From contig JABIGM010000024.1 in assembly GCA_018650165.1 (NCBI GenBank), positions 2,192 through 66,191 of the forward strand: a stretch of DNA of 64,000 nt, read 5' to 3'. Made by a program: the position numbers and the translations under genes. The notes beneath the pieces are model-generated. The model ran no database searches and had not been told where the DNA came from. It was given only the letters and a program-made list of their open reading frames with translations. Positions within the stretch are counted from its first letter, which is position 1. Every line of letters begins with the position of its first letter. Source of the stretch: Methanobacteriota archaeon. GTDB taxonomy: Archaea; Thermoplasmatota; Poseidoniia; Poseidoniales; Poseidoniaceae. Below, in pieces: positions 53,213-62,083 of the stretch.

Positions 53213-54151
53213 TCAAGCCTTCCTCGCGATTGCTCTTTTAGCAGCATCAACGATGTGGTGAGATTTCAGGCCCATCATCTCCAACATTTCCTCTGCTCCT
53301 GCTGATTCGCCAAAGCGGTCTTGGACGCCTATTCGCTCCATAGGAACAGGCCTTGTAGAAATCAAATGTTCAGCAACAGCGCCTCCAAGACCTCCAATGA
53401 TTGAATGGTCTTCTGCAGTAACAACTGCACCGCACTTTTCGGCCAATGATTCGATTAATTCACCATCGAGTGGCTTGAGTGTGTGCATATCAACTACAGT
53501 GGCGCTTACTCCTGCTTCTTCAAGTGTCTTTGCTGCAGCAATTGCCTCATGGACTAAAACTCCGCACGCGATAATTGCAACATCTTTCCCTTCGATAAGT
53601 TCGACGCCTTTGCCGATTTTTATCTCATTCTCTCGTCCATCGTATAGAACTGGTGTTTTATTTCTAGCTGTACGCATGTAAGAGGGGCCACCTAGTTCAG
53701 GCAATTGCATTGTTAATGCCTTAGTTGAAACATCATCGCAAGGGTGCATTACAACTACATTAGGTAATGTTCGATAAATGGCTAAATCTTCAATTGATTG
53801 TGCACTTGAACCATCTGTTCCTGTGTGGGTGCCACCGTGTGATCCACAAACATGAACCGCTAAATTAGGCCTAGCAACACCATTACGCATTTGTTCAAAT
53901 GCACGCTCAGTAAATATCGCAAAGGTACTTGCAAAGGGAATGAATCCACTTGATGCAAGTCCGGCTCCGACAAGTAGCATATTTTGCTCTCCTATTCCAC
54001 ATGAAATCGTTCTTTCGGGATGTGCCTTTCTGAAGTATAATGACTTGGTTGATTTACCCAAGTCAGCTTCGAGAACTACAACCTTTGGATTATCAGCCAA
54101 TGCTAGAAGGGCATCGCCGTACCCGTCACGAGTTGCCGCCATTCTACTCAT
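53213..54151 (-). CDS. transketolase, C-terminal section (Pyr-binding and C-terminal domains)
   Basis: TRDGYGDALLALADNPKVVVLEADL, CGIGEQNMLLVGAGLA, THTGTDGSSAQSIEDLAIYR and VTAEDHSIIGGLG fit the family. An ATGA overlap joins it to the upstream half. Confidence 0.92.
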   Translation of the reverse strand: MSRMAATRDGYGDALLALADNPKVVVLEADLGKSTKSLYFRKAHPERTISCGIGEQNMLLVGAGLASSGFIPFASTFAIFTERAFEQMRNGVARPNLAVHVCGSHGGTHTGTDGSSAQSIEDLAIYRTLPNVVVMHPCDDVSTKALTMQLPELGGPSYMRTARNKTPVLYDGRENEIKIGKGVELIEGKDVAIIACGVLVHEAIAAAKTLEEAGVSATVVDMHTLKPLDGELIESLAEKCGAVVTAEDHSIIGGLGGAVAEHLISTRPVPMERIGVQDRFGESAGAEEMLEMMGLKSHHIVDAAKRAIARKA

Positions 54152-54978
54152 GCACTCACCCCCAATTCGCTGAGTGCTTGTACTAATTGTTCATCAGAAG
54201 GAGCAGCCCCATGGAACGCAGGATTATTTTCCATAAAGGATACTCCTTTGCCCTTCACTGTATTTGCGATTACGACTGCTGGCCTATCAGATATTGTATC
54301 CATCCATTCAATAGCGCCAACTATTTCATTCATATTGTGCCCATCAATCACCTTTACGGCCCAGCCAAATGAACTCCATTTTGCAGGTATGTCAAACATG
54401 CGCATTTGAACTTCACAGAAATCATCATTTTGAATTCCATTGCAATCTACGAATAGTTTCAGGTTACCAAGTTCATGGTGTACTGCAGACATTGCAGCTT
54501 CCCAGATACTTCCCTCTTGCATTTCGCCATCACCGATCATGACGTATGAATTTCTACTAGAGCCATCAATTCTTGCAGCTACTGCACACCCCATTCCAAA
54601 CGAAAGGCCCATTCCAAGACTACCGGCTGAAAAATCTACACCAGGACACCATTTCATATCGACATGGCCTTGGCACACTCCACCCTTTACGCGGTATGAT
54701 TCCAAATCGGCATGCGATATGAATCCCATTTCAGCCAGAACGGCATACATTCCAGGCGAAGCATGGCCTTTGGAAAGAATAAATCTGTCTCTGTCTTCCC
54801 ATTTTGGGTTACTTGTTTGAACACGTAACCTTCGACCATACAAAGCACATAGAATATCAATTTCAGAAAGAGAACCACCGGGGTGGCCTGCCTGAGCACG
54901 ATGTGTCATCTTGCATATTTCGATTCGGCATTTCCTTGCCATCTCTTCTAGTTCACTGATGCTCATTTCGCCCATCAT
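54148..54978 (-). CDS. transketolase, N-terminal section (TPP-binding)
   Basis: GHPGGSLSEIDILCALY, LSKGHASPGMYAVL and GSLGMGLSFGMG...IGDGEMQEGSIWEA (the TPP GDG motif) are present. Confidence 0.92.
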   Translation of the reverse strand: MMGEMSISELEEMARKCRIEICKMTHRAQAGHPGGSLSEIDILCALYGRRLRVQTSNPKWEDRDRFILSKGHASPGMYAVLAEMGFISHADLESYRVKGGVCQGHVDMKWCPGVDFSAGSLGMGLSFGMGCAVAARIDGSSRNSYVMIGDGEMQEGSIWEAAMSAVHHELGNLKLFVDCNGIQNDDFCEVQMRMFDIPAKWSSFGWAVKVIDGHNMNEIVGAIEWMDTISDRPAVVIANTVKGKGVSFMENNPAFHGAAPSDEQLVQALSELGVSA

Positions 54979-54996
54979 TGGTACTTCCGTAGTATC

Positions 54997-55018
54997 GGCC
55001 TTTGACTATGGCCTTTGA
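54997..55018. promoter_or_regulatory. tandem direct repeat GGCCTTTGA-(4 nt)-GGCCTTTGA, 19-40 nt upstream of the transketolase start (possible operator or promoter element)
   Basis: Read directly from the sequence: 54997-55005 and 55010-55018 are identical 9-mers. No function has been demonstrated. Confidence 0.2.
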
Positions 55019-55041
55019 TAGTTGTGATTGTCTAGAGAGGA

Positions 55042-57180
55042 TTAATCCTCTGATTTAGCCCTTAATTCTCCGAAATCTGGGAGTTTAGGCGGCGTGAAGA
55101 CTCCTTTCAGTCTTTTAGCCGCATCTGACAACACGAACATTAGATCCCCCAGTAGATTCCCCTTCTTGGGTAAAGAACGGGCTGAAAGCATGATGAATAC
55201 GGCAACGAACCAACCAAAGAATATGAGTGACCATCCCCCTCCAAGTTGACCAATTCCTCCAAACCATTCCGAAGGTAAAATCCCATTGTTCTTCCACCTA
55301 TTGTCGGCCACAATAAATACGGCATATAGTACACCCATTAGCGATTCACCTGCGATAAATCCGGCTCCAATAAGTACTCCTTTGTCCTGGACTTCTTTGA
55401 CTGCAAATTTCGCCTCCGGTGTTGGTTTCCCCTCTAAGGTACCATCTACCCTTAGCCTCGCACTTGATAGAAGGACATGTGAAATTATTCCACCAGCCAT
55501 GATTGGAACGGAAAGAGATAGGGGGAGGTATATTCCGATTGCTACACTCATTACAGGCATTGATAATCTGATAAGTAAAATTGCAATTACTGCACCTAGT
55601 AGAACCATAGGGAGATTCAAATCTCCACCAAATGCCCCTTGTACGATTGCTCCAATCAATTCAGCCTGTGGTGCAATCAATGCATCAGAGCAAGTTGGGT
55701 CACTTGCACGGGGGTTTGCTAGACAAGCGGTTTCTGAAATCCGGAATGCGTTATGAAGAAGCGAAAGAACTGGTCCGATTACTAACGCACCTACTACCAC
55801 TCCAATAATTTCAGCTATTTGCTGCCTCCAAGGGGTTGCCCCAAGCATATGCCCTGTTTTCAGGTCCTGCATTACGTCGCCTGCAATCGCAGCAGAAGTG
55901 GCAACAATCGCTGCAATAAACATAGTTGCAACCATCATTTCTTTTTCGCCCATATTCATAATTAGGCCGCCAACGACCCAGACTAAACCTATAGTGAATA
56001 GTAAGGTTGCAATTGTCATGCCTGAAATCGGAGAATTCGACGAACCTACAACTCCTGCAATGTATCCGGCAACCGCTGCGAAGAAAAATGAAACAACTGC
56101 AAGGAATAGTGCTCCTGCCATAGCCATGACCAAATTCCCGGTGGCGTACCAATAAAACAGGAAGATTAGTACCACCAATATTCCACAGAACATCATTACT
56201 TTGTCGAGCGGTAAATCCATTTCAGTACGCAATAATTCATTATCCGTACCATCCGATTTTCTGAAAGACTTTGCTAAACCCTCTCCAATAGTCTTACGCA
56301 TTGACCAAAGCGTGTACACTCCTCCAACAACCATTGCACCTACGCCAACATAGCGGATTTGCTCCGACCACACTATGGAATAATCTTTAGCATCGATCAT
56401 ATTTAGAATGCCAGAACCATTGGGGAATCCATTCATTAAACCATATATCGGAACTAAAATTGCGTATCCGATAACTCCTCCCATGAAAATATATGAAGCG
56501 ATTCTGAGCCCTACAATATATCCAACTGAAAGAAGAGCTAATGATAATTCACCGCCAGCATAAAATCTCGTACCTAAGGCGCTAGCGACATCTTGAACTT
56601 CAGAGTGTGTTGCCTTGAATGCCTTGACCATCCAACCATAAGTGGCGCCAATTATTAGTGCGTAAATTATTGCAACTAAACCAGTTCCGCCCTTTTCTCC
56701 CGCTACTAGTACCTCTCGACATGCAACGCCTTCTGGATAAGGAAGCGCTTCTTCGACTATGAACAAACGTCGTAAAGCAATCGTAAACATTGTACCTAGT
56801 AGCCCACCGAGAATGGCGATAAGGAATGTGTCTGCCCATTGAATATCGGTCCATATACCTAGGACAAGCAGAGCAGGAACTGTAAATATAACTCCAGCAG
56901 CTAGAGATTCTCCTGCACTCGCCATTGTTTGCACTGAATTGTTTTCGAGGATTGTAACATCTTTGAAATTCAACCCCCTAAGAATGAGCATACTCATGAC
57001 CGCAGCAGGTATTGATGCAGATACAGTCATTCCGACATATAGACCGAGGTAGGCGTTTGCTGCAGTCATTAGAGCACCTAATAGTATTCCAATAACAATG
57101 ACGCGGGCAGTCAATTCCTTGACATTACTGCCAGCAGGAATCCAAGGCTCACCAAGACCGCTCATATATGTCGGAACCAT
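55042..57180 (-). CDS. OPT-family oligopeptide transporter
   Basis: It is a 712-aa polytopic protein. The N-terminal ...ELTARVIVIGILLGALMTAANAYLGLYVGMTVSASIPAAV... and the later ...DLKTGHMLGATPWRQQIAEIIGVVVGA are typical of bacterial/archaeal OPT proteins. Confidence 0.87.
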   Translation of the reverse strand: MVPTYMSGLGEPWIPAGSNVKELTARVIVIGILLGALMTAANAYLGLYVGMTVSASIPAAVMSMLILRGLNFKDVTILENNSVQTMASAGESLAAGVIFTVPALLVLGIWTDIQWADTFLIAILGGLLGTMFTIALRRLFIVEEALPYPEGVACREVLVAGEKGGTGLVAIIYALIIGATYGWMVKAFKATHSEVQDVASALGTRFYAGGELSLALLSVGYIVGLRIASYIFMGGVIGYAILVPIYGLMNGFPNGSGILNMIDAKDYSIVWSEQIRYVGVGAMVVGGVYTLWSMRKTIGEGLAKSFRKSDGTDNELLRTEMDLPLDKVMMFCGILVVLIFLFYWYATGNLVMAMAGALFLAVVSFFFAAVAGYIAGVVGSSNSPISGMTIATLLFTIGLVWVVGGLIMNMGEKEMMVATMFIAAIVATSAAIAGDVMQDLKTGHMLGATPWRQQIAEIIGVVVGALVIGPVLSLLHNAFRISETACLANPRASDPTCSDALIAPQAELIGAIVQGAFGGDLNLPMVLLGAVIAILLIRLSMPVMSVAIGIYLPLSLSVPIMAGGIISHVLLSSARLRVDGTLEGKPTPEAKFAVKEVQDKGVLIGAGFIAGESLMGVLYAVFIVADNRWKNNGILPSEWFGGIGQLGGGWSLIFFGWFVAVFIMLSARSLPKKGNLLGDLMFVLSDAAKRLKGVFTPPKLPDFGELRAKSED

Positions 57181-57281
57181 ACAGGGCTTGTGAAATAATC
57201 GGCTGAATGATAAGGAAGACCCACCCGTATAATCATAAAGTTCAGTAGTAACGGAAGAAATCAGCAGCAGGGGTGCTTTTA

Positions 57282-60065
57282 ATGTTAGATAACTTATGGC
57301 ACACCAAAAGTAGCGATGATGTTCTTTTTGATTTCGATACCCCTCTGGGCGGCCTGACTACAGATGAGGCTAATCTTCGGCTTGAAAAATATGGGGAGAA
57401 TAAACTCCGTGAACCTGAGAAAACCTCTGCCTTTATTCGCTTTATTTCGCAATATCATGACCCACTTAATTACTTGTTAATCGGTGCTGGATTACTCGCA
57501 TTAGCGACACACCCTGACCAGCCAGGTGATGCCATATTCATTTTTATTGTACTTACTGCAAATGCATTTTTCGGGTTTTGGCAGGAAAATAAGGCCGAAC
57601 AAGAAATGGGTGCGTTGAAACAAATGACTGTTTCACGTTGTGTTGTTTGCAGAGATGGCATGGAAAAAGAACTCAGTACGACACAATTAGTTCCAGGAGA
57701 TATTGTCAAATTAGACGAAGGGCTAAATGTCCCCGCCGATCTTAGAATAATCGAATCGTGGCAGTGTAAAGTGGATGAGTCCGCTCTTACTGGGGAATCG
57801 ATGCCGACAAAAGTTGAAAATATTATTCTATCTAAAGAGACAATACTAGCGGAACGGAAAAATATGCTTTACATGGGGACCACCGTCTCTACCGGAAGGT
57901 CGATTGGAATAGTAACTTCAACTGGTATGGAAACCGAACTTGGTAAAATCGCAAGCGGTATTGCTGAAGCAGAACCGCCCAAAACCCCCTTGGAACACAA
58001 ACTTGAATCGTTGGGAAAATTCCTTGGATTCATTGCTTTGATTGTAGCAGCCTTAATAGTTTCAATTGAGTTAATTTTCGCATATGTCGATGACGGTCAA
58101 ATGTGGGAGGCAGCAAAAGCTCAATTTCTCATTGCTATTGCTATTTTTGTTGCAATTGTACCTGAAGGGCTCCCCATTATTCTAGTCACGACTCTAGCCA
58201 TAGGCATGCGGAACATGGCGCGCCATAAGGCGATTATTCGCCGCATGAAGGCTGTTGAAACTCTTGGTTCCACCACTGTGATCTGCACTGATAAAACCGG
58301 AACACTGACTAAAAATCAAATGACGGTACGGCATTTAATGCTACCCGATGGCAGATATGATGTCAGTGGAGAGGGCTTCAAGCCAGAGGGTACACTGGTT
58401 TGCGATGGTGTTGAGTTAAACGATGAAGAAATGTCTGAATTACAAAGTGGCCTGGGCTTTAGATTGACTGCCACATGCCTCTCTCTATGCCACAACTCTC
58501 AGATTGCCGAGGTTAGCGGTCAATGGACTGCGATTGGCGATCCTACCGATAGCGCATGTGCTGTTTTAGGATACAAAATAAATGGGTCGGTATCTAAGTT
58601 CGCGCAACGCCACCCTCGCAAACATGAGTTCTTCTTTAATTCAGACCGGAAAAGAATGTCTGTAATACATGAGTATGAAGGAGAAGACTGGATATTTTCA
58701 AAAGGTGGCGCTGGCGGTTACAAAAGTTTGGTCAATTGGAAGATATCTAATGGAGAGGTGGTTCCAATTGAAGATTCAGATTTTGATATTGCGACAATGG
58801 CTAATAATGACATGGCAAGTAAGGCAATGCGGGTTATTGCATTATGTGCAAGGCGCGTTAATGAGGACGATGATATAACTAATATGGATTCGATGGAAGA
58901 CGACTTTATCTTTTTGGGAATGGTTGGTATCATGGACCCGCCAAGAGCCGAAGTTTATGATGCAATTTTACGTTGCCAGCAAGCTGGTATTCGCGTGAAG
59001 ATGATTACTGGCGACCAGCACATGACTGCCCAATCAATCGGCGAGGACCTCAACATTACTAAACCTCACATTGAAGCAATTGGCGGGGAGAGGTTAGAGA
59101 AATTAGACGATGCTGCAATACGCGATATCGTTACCGGTACTGCGATTTTCAGTAGAGTCACACCTGAGCAGAAAATGCGCATTGTTACTGCCTTACAGGA
59201 TGAGGGAGAAGTTGTTGCAATGACTGGGGATGGTGTTAATGATGCCCCCGCACTTTCGCGTGCGAATATTGGAATATCAATGGGTATTGCTGGTACTGAC
59301 GTTGCAAAAGATGCATCAGATATGGTGCTACAAGATGATAACTTCGCAAATATCGTCAATGCTGTGGAAGAAGGAAGGAAAATATATGCAAACATCCGAA
59401 ATTTCGTCCGCTATCAAGTTTCAACCAATGTTGCCGCAGTTATACTATTGCTGATGGCATCAGTTATCTTCCAATGGCCTTTGCCTCTGACAGCTACTCA
59501 AATCTTAGTGATTAATATCCTGATGGATGGTCCGCCTGCAGTTGCTTTAGGTGTTGAGCGCAAGCACTCTAATGTGATGGATAGGCCGCCGCGTCCAGTG
59601 GATGAATCACTGCCAAATCTGTTGGATCTCCTCCTCATATTCTATCTTGGCGCAGTAATGGTAATTGGCACAATGATTGTCTACTATGTGGCTTGGACTA
59701 ACGGTTCTGAAGAGTACGCTAGAACTATGTGTTTTAGCGTCTTTATCCTATTCCAGTTGTTCAATGTCATGAACTGCCGAAGTGGAGAAGATAGCGTTTT
59801 CAAATTGGGAGTATTTTCGAACAGAGCGATATATTTGGCGATTTTGATATCCCTGAGTTTACTTCTACTTGTAGTCCAAGGTGCTAGCCTAACAGTACCT
59901 TTCACCTCTTTCGAGATAGGTGAATTACTCTCTACTATCCCACTTAACAAAACAGATTGGTTTGTCATTATTGTAGTTTCAAGCACGGTTTTCATGATTG
60001 AAGAATTCCGCAAATTATTGCTTTCAACCGGGATATTCAGAGTGAGGACTAGTCGTCGCAGTTAA
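57282..60065 (+). CDS. P-type ATPase, type II (Ca2+/cation-transporting, SERCA/PMCA-like)
   Basis: TGES, PEGLP, the phosphorylation site ICTDKTGTLT, KGG, MITGDQ and the hinge MTGDGVNDAPAL are present. The ATG at 57282 lies 7-8 nt after GGGGTG; the track start at 57273 is GTG. Confidence 0.92.
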   Translation: MLDNLWHTKSSDDVLFDFDTPLGGLTTDEANLRLEKYGENKLREPEKTSAFIRFISQYHDPLNYLLIGAGLLALATHPDQPGDAIFIFIVLTANAFFGFWQENKAEQEMGALKQMTVSRCVVCRDGMEKELSTTQLVPGDIVKLDEGLNVPADLRIIESWQCKVDESALTGESMPTKVENIILSKETILAERKNMLYMGTTVSTGRSIGIVTSTGMETELGKIASGIAEAEPPKTPLEHKLESLGKFLGFIALIVAALIVSIELIFAYVDDGQMWEAAKAQFLIAIAIFVAIVPEGLPIILVTTLAIGMRNMARHKAIIRRMKAVETLGSTTVICTDKTGTLTKNQMTVRHLMLPDGRYDVSGEGFKPEGTLVCDGVELNDEEMSELQSGLGFRLTATCLSLCHNSQIAEVSGQWTAIGDPTDSACAVLGYKINGSVSKFAQRHPRKHEFFFNSDRKRMSVIHEYEGEDWIFSKGGAGGYKSLVNWKISNGEVVPIEDSDFDIATMANNDMASKAMRVIALCARRVNEDDDITNMDSMEDDFIFLGMVGIMDPPRAEVYDAILRCQQAGIRVKMITGDQHMTAQSIGEDLNITKPHIEAIGGERLEKLDDAAIRDIVTGTAIFSRVTPEQKMRIVTALQDEGEVVAMTGDGVNDAPALSRANIGISMGIAGTDVAKDASDMVLQDDNFANIVNAVEEGRKIYANIRNFVRYQVSTNVAAVILLLMASVIFQWPLPLTATQILVINILMDGPPAVALGVERKHSNVMDRPPRPVDESLPNLLDLLLIFYLGAVMVIGTMIVYYVAWTNGSEEYARTMCFSVFILFQLFNVMNCRSGEDSVFKLGVFSNRAIYLAILISLSLLLLVVQGASLTVPFTSFEIGELLSTIPLNKTDWFVIIVVSSTVFMIEEFRKLLLSTGIFRVRTSRRS

Positions 60066-60103
60066 GCGTTGGATTCAATAAGAACAGTCCCTGCGACCAA
60101 CTA

Positions 60104-61294
60104 ATGGCTGCAGGCGAGGATTCAGGTTGGAGAGGTTTGCTCTCTAATTCTTTACTTAATTCCCATTGGCCGGATGAGTTCAAAGCCATAGTTGAGAAAC
60201 TAGCGGCAGGAACTCCTCTTTCTCGTAGCGATGGTCACGCACTGTTCGCTTCCACCGACTTAGACACCATTGGACATCTTGCAGATTTGGTTAAACAATC
60301 TCGCTATGGCAACAGAGCTTTTTTCAATGTTAATGTGCATATTAATCAGACCAATATTTGTACCCTGGCATGTAAATTCTGCGCCTTTCGCCGAGGCCGG
60401 CGTGATGTTGATGCTTATGGACTGGAAATTGCTGAATATATCGAAGACCTACGCCAATACTCAGGGTATGTCGATGAAGTACATTCGGTGGGGGGTTTGC
60501 ATCCAGAATGGGATGTCGAGCATTATTCAAAATTATTTGCTGCAGTCAAAAAGGAGTTTCCTTCCATTCACATCAAAGCATTAACCGCTGTTGAGATAAA
60601 ACATATATCTAAACTCTCAAACATGACATTCAAGGCTACATTGCAACAATTACAAGCCTCAGGATTAAATTCGCTACCAGGTGGTGGAGCCGAAATATTG
60701 GACGATGATGTTCGTTCGATCATCTGTCGTGGTAAAGAATCCTCAAGCGAATATTTGGAAATACACAAAACAGCACATGAACTTGGAATATCAACTAATT
60801 GCACAATGCTATTTGGAACAATAGAAACCATTGACCAAAGGATAACTCATTTACTCAAACTAAGGGACTTACAAGATATCACGAATGGTTTCCAATGCTT
60901 CGTACCTTATCCCTTCCTTCCCGATGATTCGCGGCTGCCAGAAGCCCAATTATCCTCTGCCAGTGAAACACTACGGATGATTGCAATATCTAGGTTGATG
61001 TTGGATAATATACCTCATATCAAGGCGTATCGAATGAATATAGGTGATGAAGTTGCAGAATTATCTCTTCGTTATGGTGCGGATGACATAGATGGCACTG
61101 TACAAAAAGAGTCTATTATGCACCTTGCTGGCTCGAAAGCTCCATTGGACCATGACAAGGTGGCTCTGGCGAGAATAGTTCAAAATTCAGGTTCTATCCC
61201 GATTCGGAGAGATACAATCTATTCTAAGTTCGAAGAATTCAAAATACCCAAAGAATCTGAGCGCAGAAGTCTGAAAATGGCAGTTGGTGTTTAG
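60104..61294 (+). CDS. radical-SAM menaquinone (futalosine pathway) enzyme, MqnE/MqnC family
   Basis: VNVHINQTNICTLACKFCAF carries the CxxxCxxC cluster in the MqnC/MqnE/CofH-like context. It has a TIM-barrel length of 396 aa. Its stop is immediately followed by the mqnA ATG. MqnE and MqnC cannot be distinguished by eye. Confidence 0.78.
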   Translation: MAAGEDSGWRGLLSNSLLNSHWPDEFKAIVEKLAAGTPLSRSDGHALFASTDLDTIGHLADLVKQSRYGNRAFFNVNVHINQTNICTLACKFCAFRRGRRDVDAYGLEIAEYIEDLRQYSGYVDEVHSVGGLHPEWDVEHYSKLFAAVKKEFPSIHIKALTAVEIKHISKLSNMTFKATLQQLQASGLNSLPGGGAEILDDDVRSIICRGKESSSEYLEIHKTAHELGISTNCTMLFGTIETIDQRITHLLKLRDLQDITNGFQCFVPYPFLPDDSRLPEAQLSSASETLRMIAISRLMLDNIPHIKAYRMNIGDEVAELSLRYGADDIDGTVQKESIMHLAGSKAPLDHDKVALARIVQNSGSIPIRRDTIYSKFEEFKIPKESERRSLKMAVGV

Positions 61295-62083
61295 ATGGCA
61301 TGGAAACGCACCATAGGCCGTGTAGCCTTCATCAATTGCGAGCCTCTATTCCACGACTTAGATTCATCATGGAAGGTTTTGCCTGCACCACCATCTTGGC
61401 TTACTGGCCACTTACTCCGCAGGGACTGCATCATCGCTCCAATTCCTGCTGCGGACTATGCAAAGAATTCTGATGAACTCGTATTAATTCCCGACTTAGC
61501 AATTTCAAGTAAAGGTGAAGTCGGAAGTGTTTTGGTTTTCGGTTCTGTTGGTATTTCAGAGATGAAAACAATCGCGTTACCTTCCGATTCGGCTACTTCG
61601 TCAACTCTACTTAGGCATCTGATAAGTGAAAGAGGACTCAAACCCTCTTATGTTGAAATGGGTCCAGATTTGGAAGGGATGCTGGATATGTGTGATGGTT
61701 GTCTGTTAATTGGAGACCGGGCGCTTGAAAGTGCTAGGGCCTACCCTGATTTGGTGCGTATGGACCTTGGTGCTGAATGGCTGGAAGTCAGTGGCCACCC
61801 GATGGTATTCGGCGTTTTTGCAGCAAGAAGGGATTCCAACATTGCTGATGTTAGAGATGCGTTTACTGCACTAATAGGGCGTTTAACTGCTTTCGAGAAT
61901 GATTTACGCGTCCGCGAAGAAGTAATCCGAATTAGTAGTAGAAAATCTTCGCAAACTATCGAGAGATTAGAACGATATTTCGGGGAAGTAATTAATCGAA
62001 TTGATCCCGAAGATATGGTTGGACTTCAATTATTCCTAAAAGATGCTTGCGGCATGAGCCAAGACCCTACAATGGCTTGGTAA
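61295..62083 (+). CDS. mqnA: chorismate dehydratase MqnA (futalosine pathway)
   Basis: RVAFINCEPLFHDL, IAPIPAADY, LIPDLAISSKGEVGSVLVF and SDSATSSTLLRHLI fit the MqnA (VitK2_biosynth, periplasmic-binding-protein-like fold) pattern. Confidence 0.8.
   Translation: MAWKRTIGRVAFINCEPLFHDLDSSWKVLPAPPSWLTGHLLRRDCIIAPIPAADYAKNSDELVLIPDLAISSKGEVGSVLVFGSVGISEMKTIALPSDSATSSTLLRHLISERGLKPSYVEMGPDLEGMLDMCDGCLLIGDRALESARAYPDLVRMDLGAEWLEVSGHPMVFGVFAARRDSNIADVRDAFTALIGRLTAFENDLRVREEVIRISSRKSSQTIERLERYFGEVINRIDPEDMVGLQLFLKDACGMSQDPTMAW

Noticed and set aside
55286-56155. Plus- and minus-frame ORFs (156, 113, 85 aa) inside the OPT transporter gene
   Set aside because: They are shadow frames of a GC-skewed membrane-protein gene. 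The compositions (Ile/Ala/Pro/Thr or Cys/Arg-rich) are not protein-like, and they have no independent start signals.
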